From Chlorokybus atmophyticus (lineage: Eukaryota > Plantae > Mesostigma and Chlorokybus algae), in NCBI GenBank assembly GCA_009103225.1, contig RHPI01002836.1, forward strand, positions 186,001 to 250,000: a stretch of DNA of 64,000 nucleotides, read 5' to 3'. The notes beneath the pieces were generated by a model, which did not search any database, was not told where the DNA came from, and saw nothing but the letters and a program-made list of their open reading frames with translations. The position numbers and the translations under genes were made by a program. Of this stretch, positions 26,201-37,720 are shown piece by piece (within the stretch, counting starts at the first letter, position 1; every line of letters starts with the position of its first letter).

Positions 26201-27370
26201 TGTACCGCCTTCGAGGAATACTGTTCATAATGTGCGACCTCCCTCGCTACAAGCATTCATTCACGGGAGATAGTATGGTATTGTTCCGTGCAAACTGCAG
26301 GCTCATGACCCACGCCCAACATGGGTGTCCCGGAGCGCATGCCGCCGGCGGCGGCGGCGCCGGCGCACGAGAGCAGGGAGGAGCAGGAGGTGGAGGTGGC
26401 GCGTGAGGGCGATGGGAAGCGTATGACGGTGGACGAGTTCGCTACCTGGGAGAGCCGCAAGGTGAGGAAGGAAGGGCAACGCCTTTTGCAGGTGCACAAG
26501 TAGCAAAGGCGCTACGTATTTTGCTACTGTGTGCTTGTGGACACACAGCAGGCGTCACGCCACACCATAGCAACGGTGATGTGATTTCGCAACGCAAAAA
26601 GAAGCCAAACACACATGCATCAACAGGAACATAGAAACACATCAGGCATCTCTCATGCGTGCGCAAGTGCATGAGTGTACGTGCGCGTGCATGTGTGAGT
26701 AGTGGTAGCGATGACAATGGCAACAACATACCGCAACATGACGACTGCTATGCACGCTCGCATCGTGTACACATCTCATTAGCAAAGCGTTGCCAGCTGC
26801 AGGAGAAGGGCCACTGTCAACACGGTTCTGTTGGTCGGTAATTGTGCTGGCGACTACGCAACAACAAGCTCAGTGCCAACATGTGTGTAGGTGAGTGTGA
26901 GTGTGCGAGTGTGAGTGTGCGACGCAATCCACTGCATTCAGGCTATAAGTCTTGAGCCTTCCGTACACCCACACACGCACCCACGCGCGCGCGCGCGCGC
27001 AGGCATGTGCATATGCACACGCGCGTACACGGATGGCGTACACTCGCGCACACACTACCTCACAAACTCCAACAGTAGCACGCGCTCTGCTCAGAACACC
27101 CATATCCCTCACACATGCATATCCTGCAGGCCAGAAGACTCCTCACTGGGTTTTGAGGCTTTTGTCCCAGCCATCAGCAGCAGCCCCCTTACACCCGACC
27201 AGTCTCCTTCGTTGCTGTTGTTAGCCAGGTTGTAGTGTTGGACTAGTCAATGAATGAGGTAGTAGTCAGACAGACTGAGAGTTTTGTTGCCCTTGCATTG
27301 GTGAGGTCCGTTTGCTGCAACACACAGAGACACAAGTGTTCTGTCACACGCAGAAGCAGGCGGCAGTGCG

Positions 27371-27470
27371 ATGGCCCACAGCGCCAAGGAGGAGGATCAG
27401 GCGGAAGAGCAGGGCGAGGAGGACGAGGAGGCGCTGATAGGCCGCGGGAAGGAAGGGGAGCAGCGCAATG
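27371..27470 (+). pseudogene. UNC93-like exon 1, third copy (the rest probably lies in the N gap 27572-28191 or has been lost)
   Basis: GCGATGGCCCACAGCGCCAAGGAGGAGGAT is homologous to 4070 and 20623, and the ~700 bp upstream is homologous to 19.9-20.6 kb. Confidence 0.6.
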
Positions 27471-28191
27471 CAGCGAGAGGGTTCAGCCTGACACTACGAC
27501 TCGTCACAGCGGAGAGCGGGCGAAGACATGCGGTGTAGCGTGTTGTATGGTGGCAGGGATCAAATTGGTCCNNNNNNNNNNNNNNNNNNNNNNNNNNNNN
27601 NNNNNNNNNNNNNNNNNNNNNNNNNNNNNNNNNNNNNNNNNNNNNNNNNNNNNNNNNNNNNNNNNNNNNNNNNNNNNNNNNNNNNNNNNNNNNNNNNNNN
27701 NNNNNNNNNNNNNNNNNNNNNNNNNNNNNNNNNNNNNNNNNNNNNNNNNNNNNNNNNNNNNNNNNNNNNNNNNNNNNNNNNNNNNNNNNNNNNNNNNNNN
27801 NNNNNNNNNNNNNNNNNNNNNNNNNNNNNNNNNNNNNNNNNNNNNNNNNNNNNNNNNNNNNNNNNNNNNNNNNNNNNNNNNNNNNNNNNNNNNNNNNNNN
27901 NNNNNNNNNNNNNNNNNNNNNNNNNNNNNNNNNNNNNNNNNNNNNNNNNNNNNNNNNNNNNNNNNNNNNNNNNNNNNNNNNNNNNNNNNNNNNNNNNNNN
28001 NNNNNNNNNNNNNNNNNNNNNNNNNNNNNNNNNNNNNNNNNNNNNNNNNNNNNNNNNNNNNNNNNNNNNNNNNNNNNNNNNNNNNNNNNNNNNNNNNNNN
28101 NNNNNNNNNNNNNNNNNNNNNNNNNNNNNNNNNNNNNNNNNNNNNNNNNNNNNNNNNNNNNNNNNNNNNNNNNNNNNNNNNNNNNNNNNNN

Positions 28192-28238
<47 letters not shown>

Positions 28239-28240
<2 letters not shown>

Positions 28241-28864
28241 CTACTTGTGTGCTACTCCTCTCCTCGTGCATGCACGCCCTTTCACATGTGCGCACAGGAA
28301 TGCACGCGCACGCACGTGCACGCGCATGTCCACTCACGTACGCGTACGTGTACGTGTACGCGTACGCACGCGTACACGCATGCGCACACGCGCCCACCCA
28401 CCCATATTTCCTGACCTTCCTCACCGCGACGCAGGCACTCACCGCTGGTCGAAGCTGGCAGACGCGTGCCTTAAGGGTGGCGTAATGGGGGGGGGAGGAA
28501 GTGGGGACAGTATTGTTAACATAGGAGAGCTGCCCAACTCGTGAGAAATATGTACTGCAAGTGTATGGGCAGAGGCTGATGGCCTGTCTTGCTGCAGCAT
28601 AGAGGGGGTGGTGACACAGTAACAATAACCACAACAGCTCCAGTGAGGGTGGTGGCGAGGGTAGGGGGAAGGAGAGGGTGAGCGTGCCTGTGGGTGAGCA
28701 TGCGCGTGTGCGTGCGTCTGTGTCAACAAAAGAGTGATTATGCTATTTGGTAACAAGCAATTTTGGGCGGTAAAAGGAGAGAAGAGGCAGGTGGAGGCGA
28801 TGCGCAGCGAGATGATAACACTGATTAAGCAGGCGAGGCAACAGCTTGCCAACACACACACACA

Positions 28865-28920
<56 letters not shown>

Positions 28921-30286
28921 CGGTGATGAGCTCATTGCGAAGCCGGGCAGGACTTCGTGCTGTCACCACCTATTATGCGGCATTGGTATCAGACGAGACC
29001 ACATACGGCGGCGGAGACCGTGATGGTGCGCTTCATAATTAAGAAGGACAACATCTCGTTCCGCAAGAGCGAGGTGCTGCGTGTATGTGCGCTTGTGTAC
29101 ACACATGTGTGCTGCATCTGCTTGCATAGGTGTTTGCAAGTGAGACATGCGTGTGGAAGGCCAATGCATGCCGGCAATGCTGTGAGATTCAACTGCCTCG
29201 TCACCTCAGGCATGATTGGATACACGCGCATGCTCGCACTTACGCACGCAGATACAACCACGCACTCCTATAGGCGCTCTCTCGCACACAAGCCACACAT
29301 ACTCTTTCACCCACTTGTATGCCTGCAGTGTTGGGGCAGCTCAAACCAATAGGACAGAAGGGGGGTGGGTGGGGGGGGTGTCCAATCTACAAGTGGGAAG
29401 GTGTGAACTACGTTGGTCGGCAACACCATGTGCCGAGAGGGGGAGGGGAGGAGAGTGCTGACATGTTGTATGAGAGTGACGGAACTGCACTGTGTGCACC
29501 CTCTTTTTCAACGCAATCCTTCCGCTCCATGCCGCCTCAACGCTAGCTAGCTTAGGGAATGCAGAGTCCGCCTTGACCCCACAACCGAAAAGGCGCTGGA
29601 TTGTTGAAGTTGTTGTTGTGATTCAATTTGAAAAAGAGGCGCTGAGCGCATTACAAACCACAGACAAAAAGCAACAAGTCTTAAATCGGTTGACATGCAT
29701 GACTAGCGCAGTATGCAAAGCGCGTGTGTCTGTACAACTACATGAATACTCTAATGACCATGAGACGCGGGCAATTGCAGCATCGTCGCAACCACCGATT
29801 GCGCCCGATCCTTGATTTTTGCCATGCGCGCTAAGACTGATGGCGTTGGTAGCGCATGCATACATGCTTGCACAAACTCGCAATAATCTACATCCGCCAC
29901 GCGACAAATCACGCGACAATATTGTTTATCGGTATTTGTATCGATTTATAATTGTTTAAAGCGATCGCCTCCCATTTGTGCAACCTACGCCGCAACGTCC
30001 GACGTGAACGTTTTAATGGTCATTTTCCCACCTCGACTTGAAACCGATGGTGGGAGCTGCAACGCGTAGCTTTGCGCGTTGACAATTTGAACGAAGCGGC
30101 TCACAGCGGTGTAATCCCAACAAAGAGACACGACGTCTGCAAGCTCACATTCAATTTCGACTTCAATCGCCTTGACTGGGTAGGCTGTCACCAACCCATA
30201 CACAAGCAATAGCAGCGCTGTTGCTTGTCACTGCGCAACCACAACAAACATAAGTTGACAACTGTAAACCATACGTGCTTGTACAT
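28239..30286. repeat. Left arm of a ~2-kb inverted repeat (contains module X copy 4 and gene Y last exon copy 3, ~29760-30200 on the minus strand)
   Basis: Its reverse complement matches 31040-31091 plus 42125-44088, with scattered SNPs and indels. Confidence 0.9.
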
Positions 30287-31091
30287 TTGTGGCAGTTTTC
30301 CACCTTTACAATGACTATCACACTCTTTGTAAGGACAATCGCTGCGAGTAGGGAGCGTCACTGTGAAGAGGGCAACATGTATAAAATGCATTGATTAGGG
30401 TTTGCATACCTCGTTATAATGACTGGTTGTCACTACATGGAATTGCATGAACATTTCGATGTAGTGATCAATTGTCATTGCATAAAGATGACCGTCTTTT
30501 AGTCAATGCATACCTTACATTATGTATATTGAATGTTTATATTTTTCTAATGGATCCCCCGTTGCAGTAACAGACTGTCATTGTATAGCATGAATGCGCT
30601 ATAGTGACCGTCTGTCACTATATCGAAAGAACGACACCTCCGTACAGTGGCGAATTGTCGCCACACATTCGCGGTATTATAATATAATAATTATGATTTA
30701 AATATATAATAATTATATAGAATAATTATAATTTAAGTGTATAATAATTATATAGAGGGTCATCAAGCCAACGATAGGACGGCGGCGGCAACGAGGAGGA
30801 CGGGGAGCAGCAAAAGGGGTGGGTGGGCGGCGTCGAGGAGAAGAGCATCGTTTTTTTGCAACAACAACCGGGCTTGGCTTGCTGCGCCGTGTTTCCACTC
30901 TACGCAGTGCAAGGCTCAGGTAAGCTGTGTGGTTGCCACTATGTGAACGTTAAAACAGTGTAGCTCAGTTGTACGTATGCATATTGTGGCGACTGCAGCG
31001 CGTCACTAATTTAGCGTTCATTGATGTACGAGAGTACGCATGTACAAGCACGTATGGTTTACAGTTGTCAACTTATGATTGTTGTGGTTGC

Positions 31092-31676
31092 TGTCATGCC
31101 AATCGCCCAAGCATGCCAGTCATCATCGGGCATGCCTACAGCGAGACCCTCGCCCGGCTTACCAGCATGGCAACCCGCGCGCGTCTCTGACCAGTAGCTA
31201 GGTCATGTCTCTAGAGTAGCTCATGACCATAGCCTACATAGGCATTCAGTTATAAGTCAGGTTCTATATCGAGTGGAAATTTCCTGTGGAAATAGCCTCG
31301 ATATGATCGTTAGCTTATGTTCTGGACAGTCATGAGTTGAATTGTATAAGTAGGCACAGTGTTCACCGGATCAGCTGGTGATACTGTAAGTGAGAAAGCT
31401 AAGAGCTTGTGAAGCGACTTGAACTACGAAACACACCGTCCTGGTTCCCAAGAATCCCCTCACCGTGTGAGAGCCTGTGCATGTTCTTGTGCACTGTGCT
31501 TGTCCTTGCTGTGAGCTTTGTGTACTTGGTCGCGGTGTGCTTGTTGGCATCAGTTAGGGCATAGCATCCACGTGTTGCTTGCTCATTCACCTCACTTAAC
31601 AGTGTAATTTCTCTTCCACTCACGCAAAGAACTGTGTAAACAGCACTACCTATAGTAGTGGCTTGTTGACTTACAG
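31092..31676 (+). repeat. Repeat A1 (left terminal repeat segment)
   Basis: Near-identical to 41262-41879 (A2). Ends in an R box carrying an 8-bp deletion (31658-31676). Confidence 0.9.
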
Positions 31677-31882
31677 TGTCACCCTCTTTGCTCAAGTGCG
31701 TGTAGTTGCTGGCTGTACAGCAGCATCGCAATCTGTAGTTGTACACATCACAGTGCAATGTTGTCACCGTCATCGCATAGCGCGCACAAGCGCTAGTGTG
31801 TTGGGTGATAACAGCACTGGAGATCCCATTGTAGAGCACAAACACTCTACCCTTCATCCACTTTCACCATCGCATCAGCTGT

Positions 31883-33355
31883 ATGAGCAGGCCCACCCCT
31901 TTCTCGCCAATGAAAGAAGGGGACCTCAACAGCTGGAGCCCAACCTCCAACCTTACCTACGAGCGCGCAAGTGAAGGGAGCGATTACCGTAGCAGCAGAG
32001 GCTCACGCCCCGTCTCCGGCTTCACCTCCTCTCACTCCACTCCTTGTCAACGAGCATCTCCACCACCGTCGGACAGTGACGACGAAGAGATGGAGCCTTC
32101 CAGCTCAACCAACTCCGTACGCTTCTCCGGACGCCCTGGCACCACCTCACTTGACGAGTTCATCATCAAGTTCCACTCCAAGATGCGGCAGCAGGCCCTC
32201 AAGAGCAAGGACTGGACAGATGAGGTATCGCTTCATGTGTCCGCTCAATTCCTTGATCACGAAGCACATGATGTGTGGAAGTCCGTCGCTGAGTTGCACA
32301 AGATTGATGGCTATGGCGAGTTGGCCAGCACAATAGCCGCCACGTCACTGCACAGCCCATCGGTTACTGTCCCTGTAGCAGCGGCCCCGCCCGCCTCAGT
32401 CACGGGTCTCACTCTAGCTGCAGCCATGGAGAAGGCAGAGAATGAAGAAGTTGAGGTGGTAGTGGCCTCATTGACTCCTGCAGCGATCGAAAGTAAGAAG
32501 GCCGAGCGCCGGATCAGGATACTCAACCGCACCGCCGCCATCATCAGGGAGCAACAAGAGGAGCAGCAAGCTGCAGCATTGAAGATGGGTACGCCCCTGC
32601 TACCAACACCGAACTCGCGTGCTCCAGCGGGAGGCAGTGTTTTCACCCTCGGCTCAGTGGCATTGCGTGCACCCGCGCTCACGGTGGGCGCGGCCATGTC
32701 GAACTCCCCGTTGAAGGACCTTTACGCCGCACTCCGGCGCACCTTCCCACCTCAAACCAACAGTAAGGTGGAGGAGTTGAGGCGTTTTCGATGGAAGCCC
32801 CACGAGGACCCTCTCCGACTGTATTCACGGTTGGAAGGGTTGCTTAAAGACATTGACTACAAGATCGTCAGTGAGGAGGCGGCAGTAGTGGTGTATGTGG
32901 CCGAGTTGGATTCCACCCTGAGTGAGTCAACGCGCCTAACGCTGAACTACAGCAGGCCCCTCGGCTACACCCTCAAGGAAGCTTTCGAGACGGCACAAGC
33001 CATCCATAAGCGCGCAGTGTATGAGAAAGCGGTGCTGGACACCAACCGCAGTGCCTCACGGCCTATGGCAGGCACAAGTGCAGAGCCTCTTCGGCGGGAC
33101 CGCAGCCGAGAGCCGCAAGGCATCCGTTACAAGGATAAACGGTCAGCTCATGCTGCCCTTGTGGCTCCAGTGCTGTGCCACCGGTGTGGTCGACATGGCC
33201 ACTACCAAAAGGAGTGCACCGAAGATTACGGCAACCTTGTGTGCGACCACTGCCACAAGACGGGACACTTGGAGACAGTATGCTGGCTCAAGTTCCCTGA
33301 GATGCGGCCCTCTATTGGCTACAACAATGGCAACAACGCTGTTGGCTACCGCGGC

Positions 33356-33390
<35 letters not shown>

Positions 33391-33706
33391 GGGCTACAAC
33401 AACAGCAACCACGCTGGCGGCTACAACAACAGCAACAACGCTGGTGGTTGCAACAACGGCAACAACGCTGGTGGCCACAACCCCAACAACAACAACAACG
33501 CTGGCGCCCGCAAGGAAGAAGCTGGCTATACAGGGAAAAACCGCCCTCCACAGCACAAAGAACTTGAGGGACGTCCTCGAGCTGGAGCTGCTGCTGTAAA
33601 GGCACCAACCAATCCACCGGCTATTGACCAAGTGGCAGCTCTGATGGCGCGCGTGGCAGCTGGAGGAGAACAAGGAGCAGGACTATCAAGCCTGCTATGC
33701 TGCTAG
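31883..33706 (+). CDS. gag: Gag-like ORF1 (607 aa) with two CCHC zinc knuckles and an Asn/Gly-rich tail
   Basis: CHRCGRHGHYQKEC and CDHCHKTGHLETVC motifs; capsid-like LRRFRWKPHEDPLRLYSRLEGL region; open frame. Confidence 0.8.
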
Positions 33707-36700
33707 GTGGGCACTGATGGCACCGAAACGGGATAGGGACACTCCCACGCCGTCACGCTTACAACCATCCAGACGTGCGCGCAGGGAAGCTGGCGCGTCG
33801 TCAACAGCGGCATCATCGGACGCCACAAGTGGTGCTGCCTCGGCAGCCACAACCACCGCTGAGACAACGCCGTCGACGACACCGTCGGCGTCCACACCGA
33901 CCACGACAGCAGGTGTCAGCACTCGTGGCACCACGCTGTCCCCGGTGATGGAGAGCACCCACGCCGCAACAACCATGGTCGTTGGGTTCGTAAGTGGTGA
34001 ATCCGCCACTCCTGCCTCCATCGAAGCGACCACATCAACCGCAACTGCTGCCACCCTCACAGCCGCCACCTCAGTAACGACGACTGCTGCAGGTGCCACC
34101 ACCATCGCCTCCAGTAGTGCTGCCATACCCACTGCACCACTTCCTGAGGGACGAACGGCACCGCCACCAGCGTTGGACGTCACACAGCAAGTGCCACGCG
34201 GGCCACAAGCTGAGCGCGCCTCGGCGTCGGTTCTACGCAACGTGGAACCCACCACTATTGCGTACGGACCAAGGGGGCAACGCACCACGCGCGTGCCACG
34301 CGATGATCGCATCTTGCCCCTACCACCTCCAGAGTACCACACGCTGCCGGAACCCACACAACAGCAGCTGGAGGATGAAATCCTCGCCGGCACTGCACCA
34401 GAGATGAGGGATCGTCTGTTCGGGGTCACCTACTGACGACCTGTGGTATTGGAGCTGGCCATCCAGTTGTTCCTGGCATTACACGCACGATTGCAAGGCG
34501 CACCCAGTCAAATGCAGCAACCCATGCCCGCTCAACAGATCGACTTCGAGCCCTCGCCACTGAACCCACTCGGCCTCCAGCAACACAAAATGCAAGACCT
34601 CGTGGTCACCATGTCTGACATCGCGCTGGGTGCTGATCCTCTCCATGGGCTCACTCCAAACAGTCGTCAAGAGCGTTTCTCTGCACTCGAACAGGCCCAT
34701 CGTTAACGAATGGACCAAGCTGCCCAAGTGGACGCGCGCCGACAAGCGTACGACGCAGCACACATCGTTATCGTACCGATTGGAGCGCCAGCAAATGTTG
34801 CCAGCGCCTCTACGGCGCTGACCACAGCGTACTCCACGGCAGTCACCATCGAGCAGCCAGGACACGCAACTGTTGCAGACCAAGCGAGGGCGTTGGCGCA
34901 ACAATTAAGGGGGGTAATCGCCCCGCTGCTGCCTCCTTTGGTCGAGGACATGCCTGAGGATCAACGCGATGCAGGGCGAGGGTACCTCACCCCGCAAGGG
35001 GACACCACACAACGAGGAGGAGCTGGTATGGTGGGGGAGCAACAACTCCGTACCGCACTCATCCGGCAAGCAGTCATGTTGCACAGGCCTGAGGGCAACA
35101 CATTAAGACAGATGATAGGGATGCAAGAGGGCAGCGCCGCTCGAGCCCGTCTCGTGACATGGCTCGTTGCCAATCACCCTGCTGTCCCCCTGTTTGCCTT
35201 TGGCAACCGAGCATTATGGTTGGGGGCATTCGTTTGTTCGCTGCGACAAGCATACGACGAGGCTGCCACCACAGCCCCGGACACGCTGGAGGGAGTGCAA
35301 GAGGCAATGCTGCGGCTGCCAGGGGTTGAAGCCGCACGGCAACGGCGGCGCATCGCCATTGCTCATTAGCTACACGCACAGCAGACTGACCTCCAGCGCA
35401 CCCTACGCGCTCGTGCCATGACCGTGCTCGATGTGGGAGTGGTACAAGGAAGGTGGGATGCCTACATGGCAGGAATCTTGCGAGTCCCCACTATCACTCA
35501 CGACATGCGGCGACAGCTACTACGCGCCGTATACCTGCAGCCCATGCCTCAATATCATCATTGGACCGACACGGACACCGAGCCCACGGCTACGTGGGAA
35601 GGGACATTGGTCAGAGAAGCGGCTCATGCTGTTCGATGGACGTACGCCGCGGAGTAAGCTGAACGCGAGGCAGGCCCACAAACACCGGGTCCGCCGGGGT
35701 TTCCTCCACAGCAATTGGGTACACCCGCGGGCATGATTCCAGCTTCGCAGAGGCGGCATCCACCTGCGCCGCCACCACAACCAGCGCCGGAACCTTCAGC
35801 ACCGAGCCCCCCCCCCTGTCTACCAACCACCACGACAAGGTCGGTTCGGCAGAGGGAGAGGGCAAGGAGGGGGTTCTCCGGACCCAGCAGGCAGAGGAGC
35901 TCTGGCTGCCATGCGCTCAGCACCTCCAGCTGAGACAACTGAGTCAGAGGTACAGACACCTCGTATGAAGAGGCTGCGTATCGACGCCAATGCTGCCATG
36001 GTGGCCAACCAAGGCAAGCACGTTACCATCAACGGTCTGGCACCCAAGCGAGTACTGTTGGACACCGGAGCACAGCCTGTCATTATCGGGCGCTTCCTCG
36101 CGCGGTCCCTAGGCATACCCAGCTCCGACTTGGTGCCTTGCCCGTACGTGTTGGACACTGCCACAGGTAGCCGAGATAAGGTGATGGGAGTCACCAGGGA
36201 GGCCTTTTGCATTCGGTTGACAGGGCTGGACCCAACCCACACGACCGAGATCGTCCAGCAATGTGTGGTCACCAATTCCGGCTCCTTCGACGTTCTGCTT
36301 GGGCAGGACTTCAACTTCCCTGTGGGCATGGGCCTCGACTGCTGGACAGAGCGAGCGTGGTTTCGGCCACATTGGGATGAGGATGACGGAGAGGTACAGG
36401 GTTTCCTGCCTCTCGAGTTGGTCTCACGCACGCGCGCCCAACGCAAAATGGCTGCCATGGCCACACGCAGCCACGCCCGCACCCGGAAGGCTGTAATGGC
36501 CACATACGACGGCGCTCGGACGCAAGTCGCTGCTGGTGCCACGGCCCCGTGTCGAACCGTCGACTCCTCTCCCATCCCGTACAACGAGGAGCAGGAGGAT
36601 GCCACTGTGGAAGTAGCATTACAAGACCCAGCTGAACGGCGCTGGCGCGCACAGGTGGACGCACACATCTTGCTCAGCCATCCACTAATTACCACGCGCT

Positions 36701-36789
36701 TCCCCAACTACCGAAGCCACGTCAAGGTGCTGGACCACCATATGGTGGCCACCGGAGTGGTGGAGTTCCACACCTTTTGCAGGCAACAG

Positions 36790-37720
36790 GGCATCACAGT
36801 GTTGGAGCTGTTTGGAGGCATTGGCAGTGGTCTTGCTGCGGTCCTCAACACGGGCGTGAAGGTTGTTAAATACTATTACTGCGACCCACACCACACGCGC
36901 AAACGGTCCTCAAGCACCACTTATGCCAACTGCACGCCAGGTATCCACGTCAACTACCCCTCTCGGCGTTGCACGGCAGCCTCAAAGCATTGCCACATGA
37001 CATCCGGCTGATCACTGAAGGTCACCTACTGTCCCTCGGCAACGTCGACCTATTAATAGCTGGATGGGAATGCCAAGGGCACTCCAGGGCAGGCAAGGGG
37101 CAAGGCCTCGAAAACCCTCGTTCCGGGCTGTTCTGGGAGCTGATGAGGATCATCCACCTCCTTCAACACCACCGGATCTCCAGACCCCTGGAGTACGTCA
37201 TCGAAAATGTGCATTCAGAGGACGACAAGCGTCCGCACGTGGCCTCCAGCTACCGACAAGTTTGCTCCATTCTGGGGCACCCACTCAAGGTGAACGCGGC
37301 ACGACATGGCTCGCGCGCACATCGTGTACGTGCCAAATGGACAAACTTGGCCACCGTGGAGGAACTCATGACCGCCGAATACACACGCAGCGCTCGGCCG
37401 CGCAACCTGCTGGTTGACGACATCCTTGACCCCGGCCGCACAGCACAACCTGTCCTGCGTCATGACCACAACCACTTCTACCCGTGCAATCAGCCCGGTC
37501 AGCCCCGTCGCGCACTCCCAACATTGGTGTCCTACCCGGGCTCCTACGCATTTCGGAACGGTGGTGACGGGATGGTGTTCGATGCGACCACCAACAGGCT
37601 GGAAGAACCCAACGCACGCGAACGTGAACGCGCCATGGAATTCTTCCCCAACAGCATCACGGGCTTATCGCTGACGGACAGTCAGCAATGCCAGCTGCTT
37701 GGTCGCGCCATGGACCAGAA
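36790..37720 (+). other. C5 cytosine DNA methyltransferase domain (DNMT3/DRM-like) within pol
   Basis: Motif I ELFGGIG (36805-36825); motif IV AGWECQGHS (Cys at 37071-37073); LFWELMRI; motif VI ENV (37203-37211); motif VIII RAHRVR (~37313-37330); motif IX-like ARERERAMEF; motif X-like LLGRAMD. One frameshift near 36888. Confidence 0.9.

Noticed and set aside
27250-28634. 300-400 aa ORFs
   Set aside because: They are open only because they run through the N gap.
2780-29900. Many 60-200 aa Cys/Val/Ala/His-rich ORFs
   Set aside because: They are translations of (GT/CA/GC) alternating low-complexity introns and intergenic DNA.
33143-36707. Long antisense ORFs (176-295 aa) opposite gag and ORF2
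   Set aside because: These are typical shadows of GC-rich coding sequence, with no recognisable motifs.
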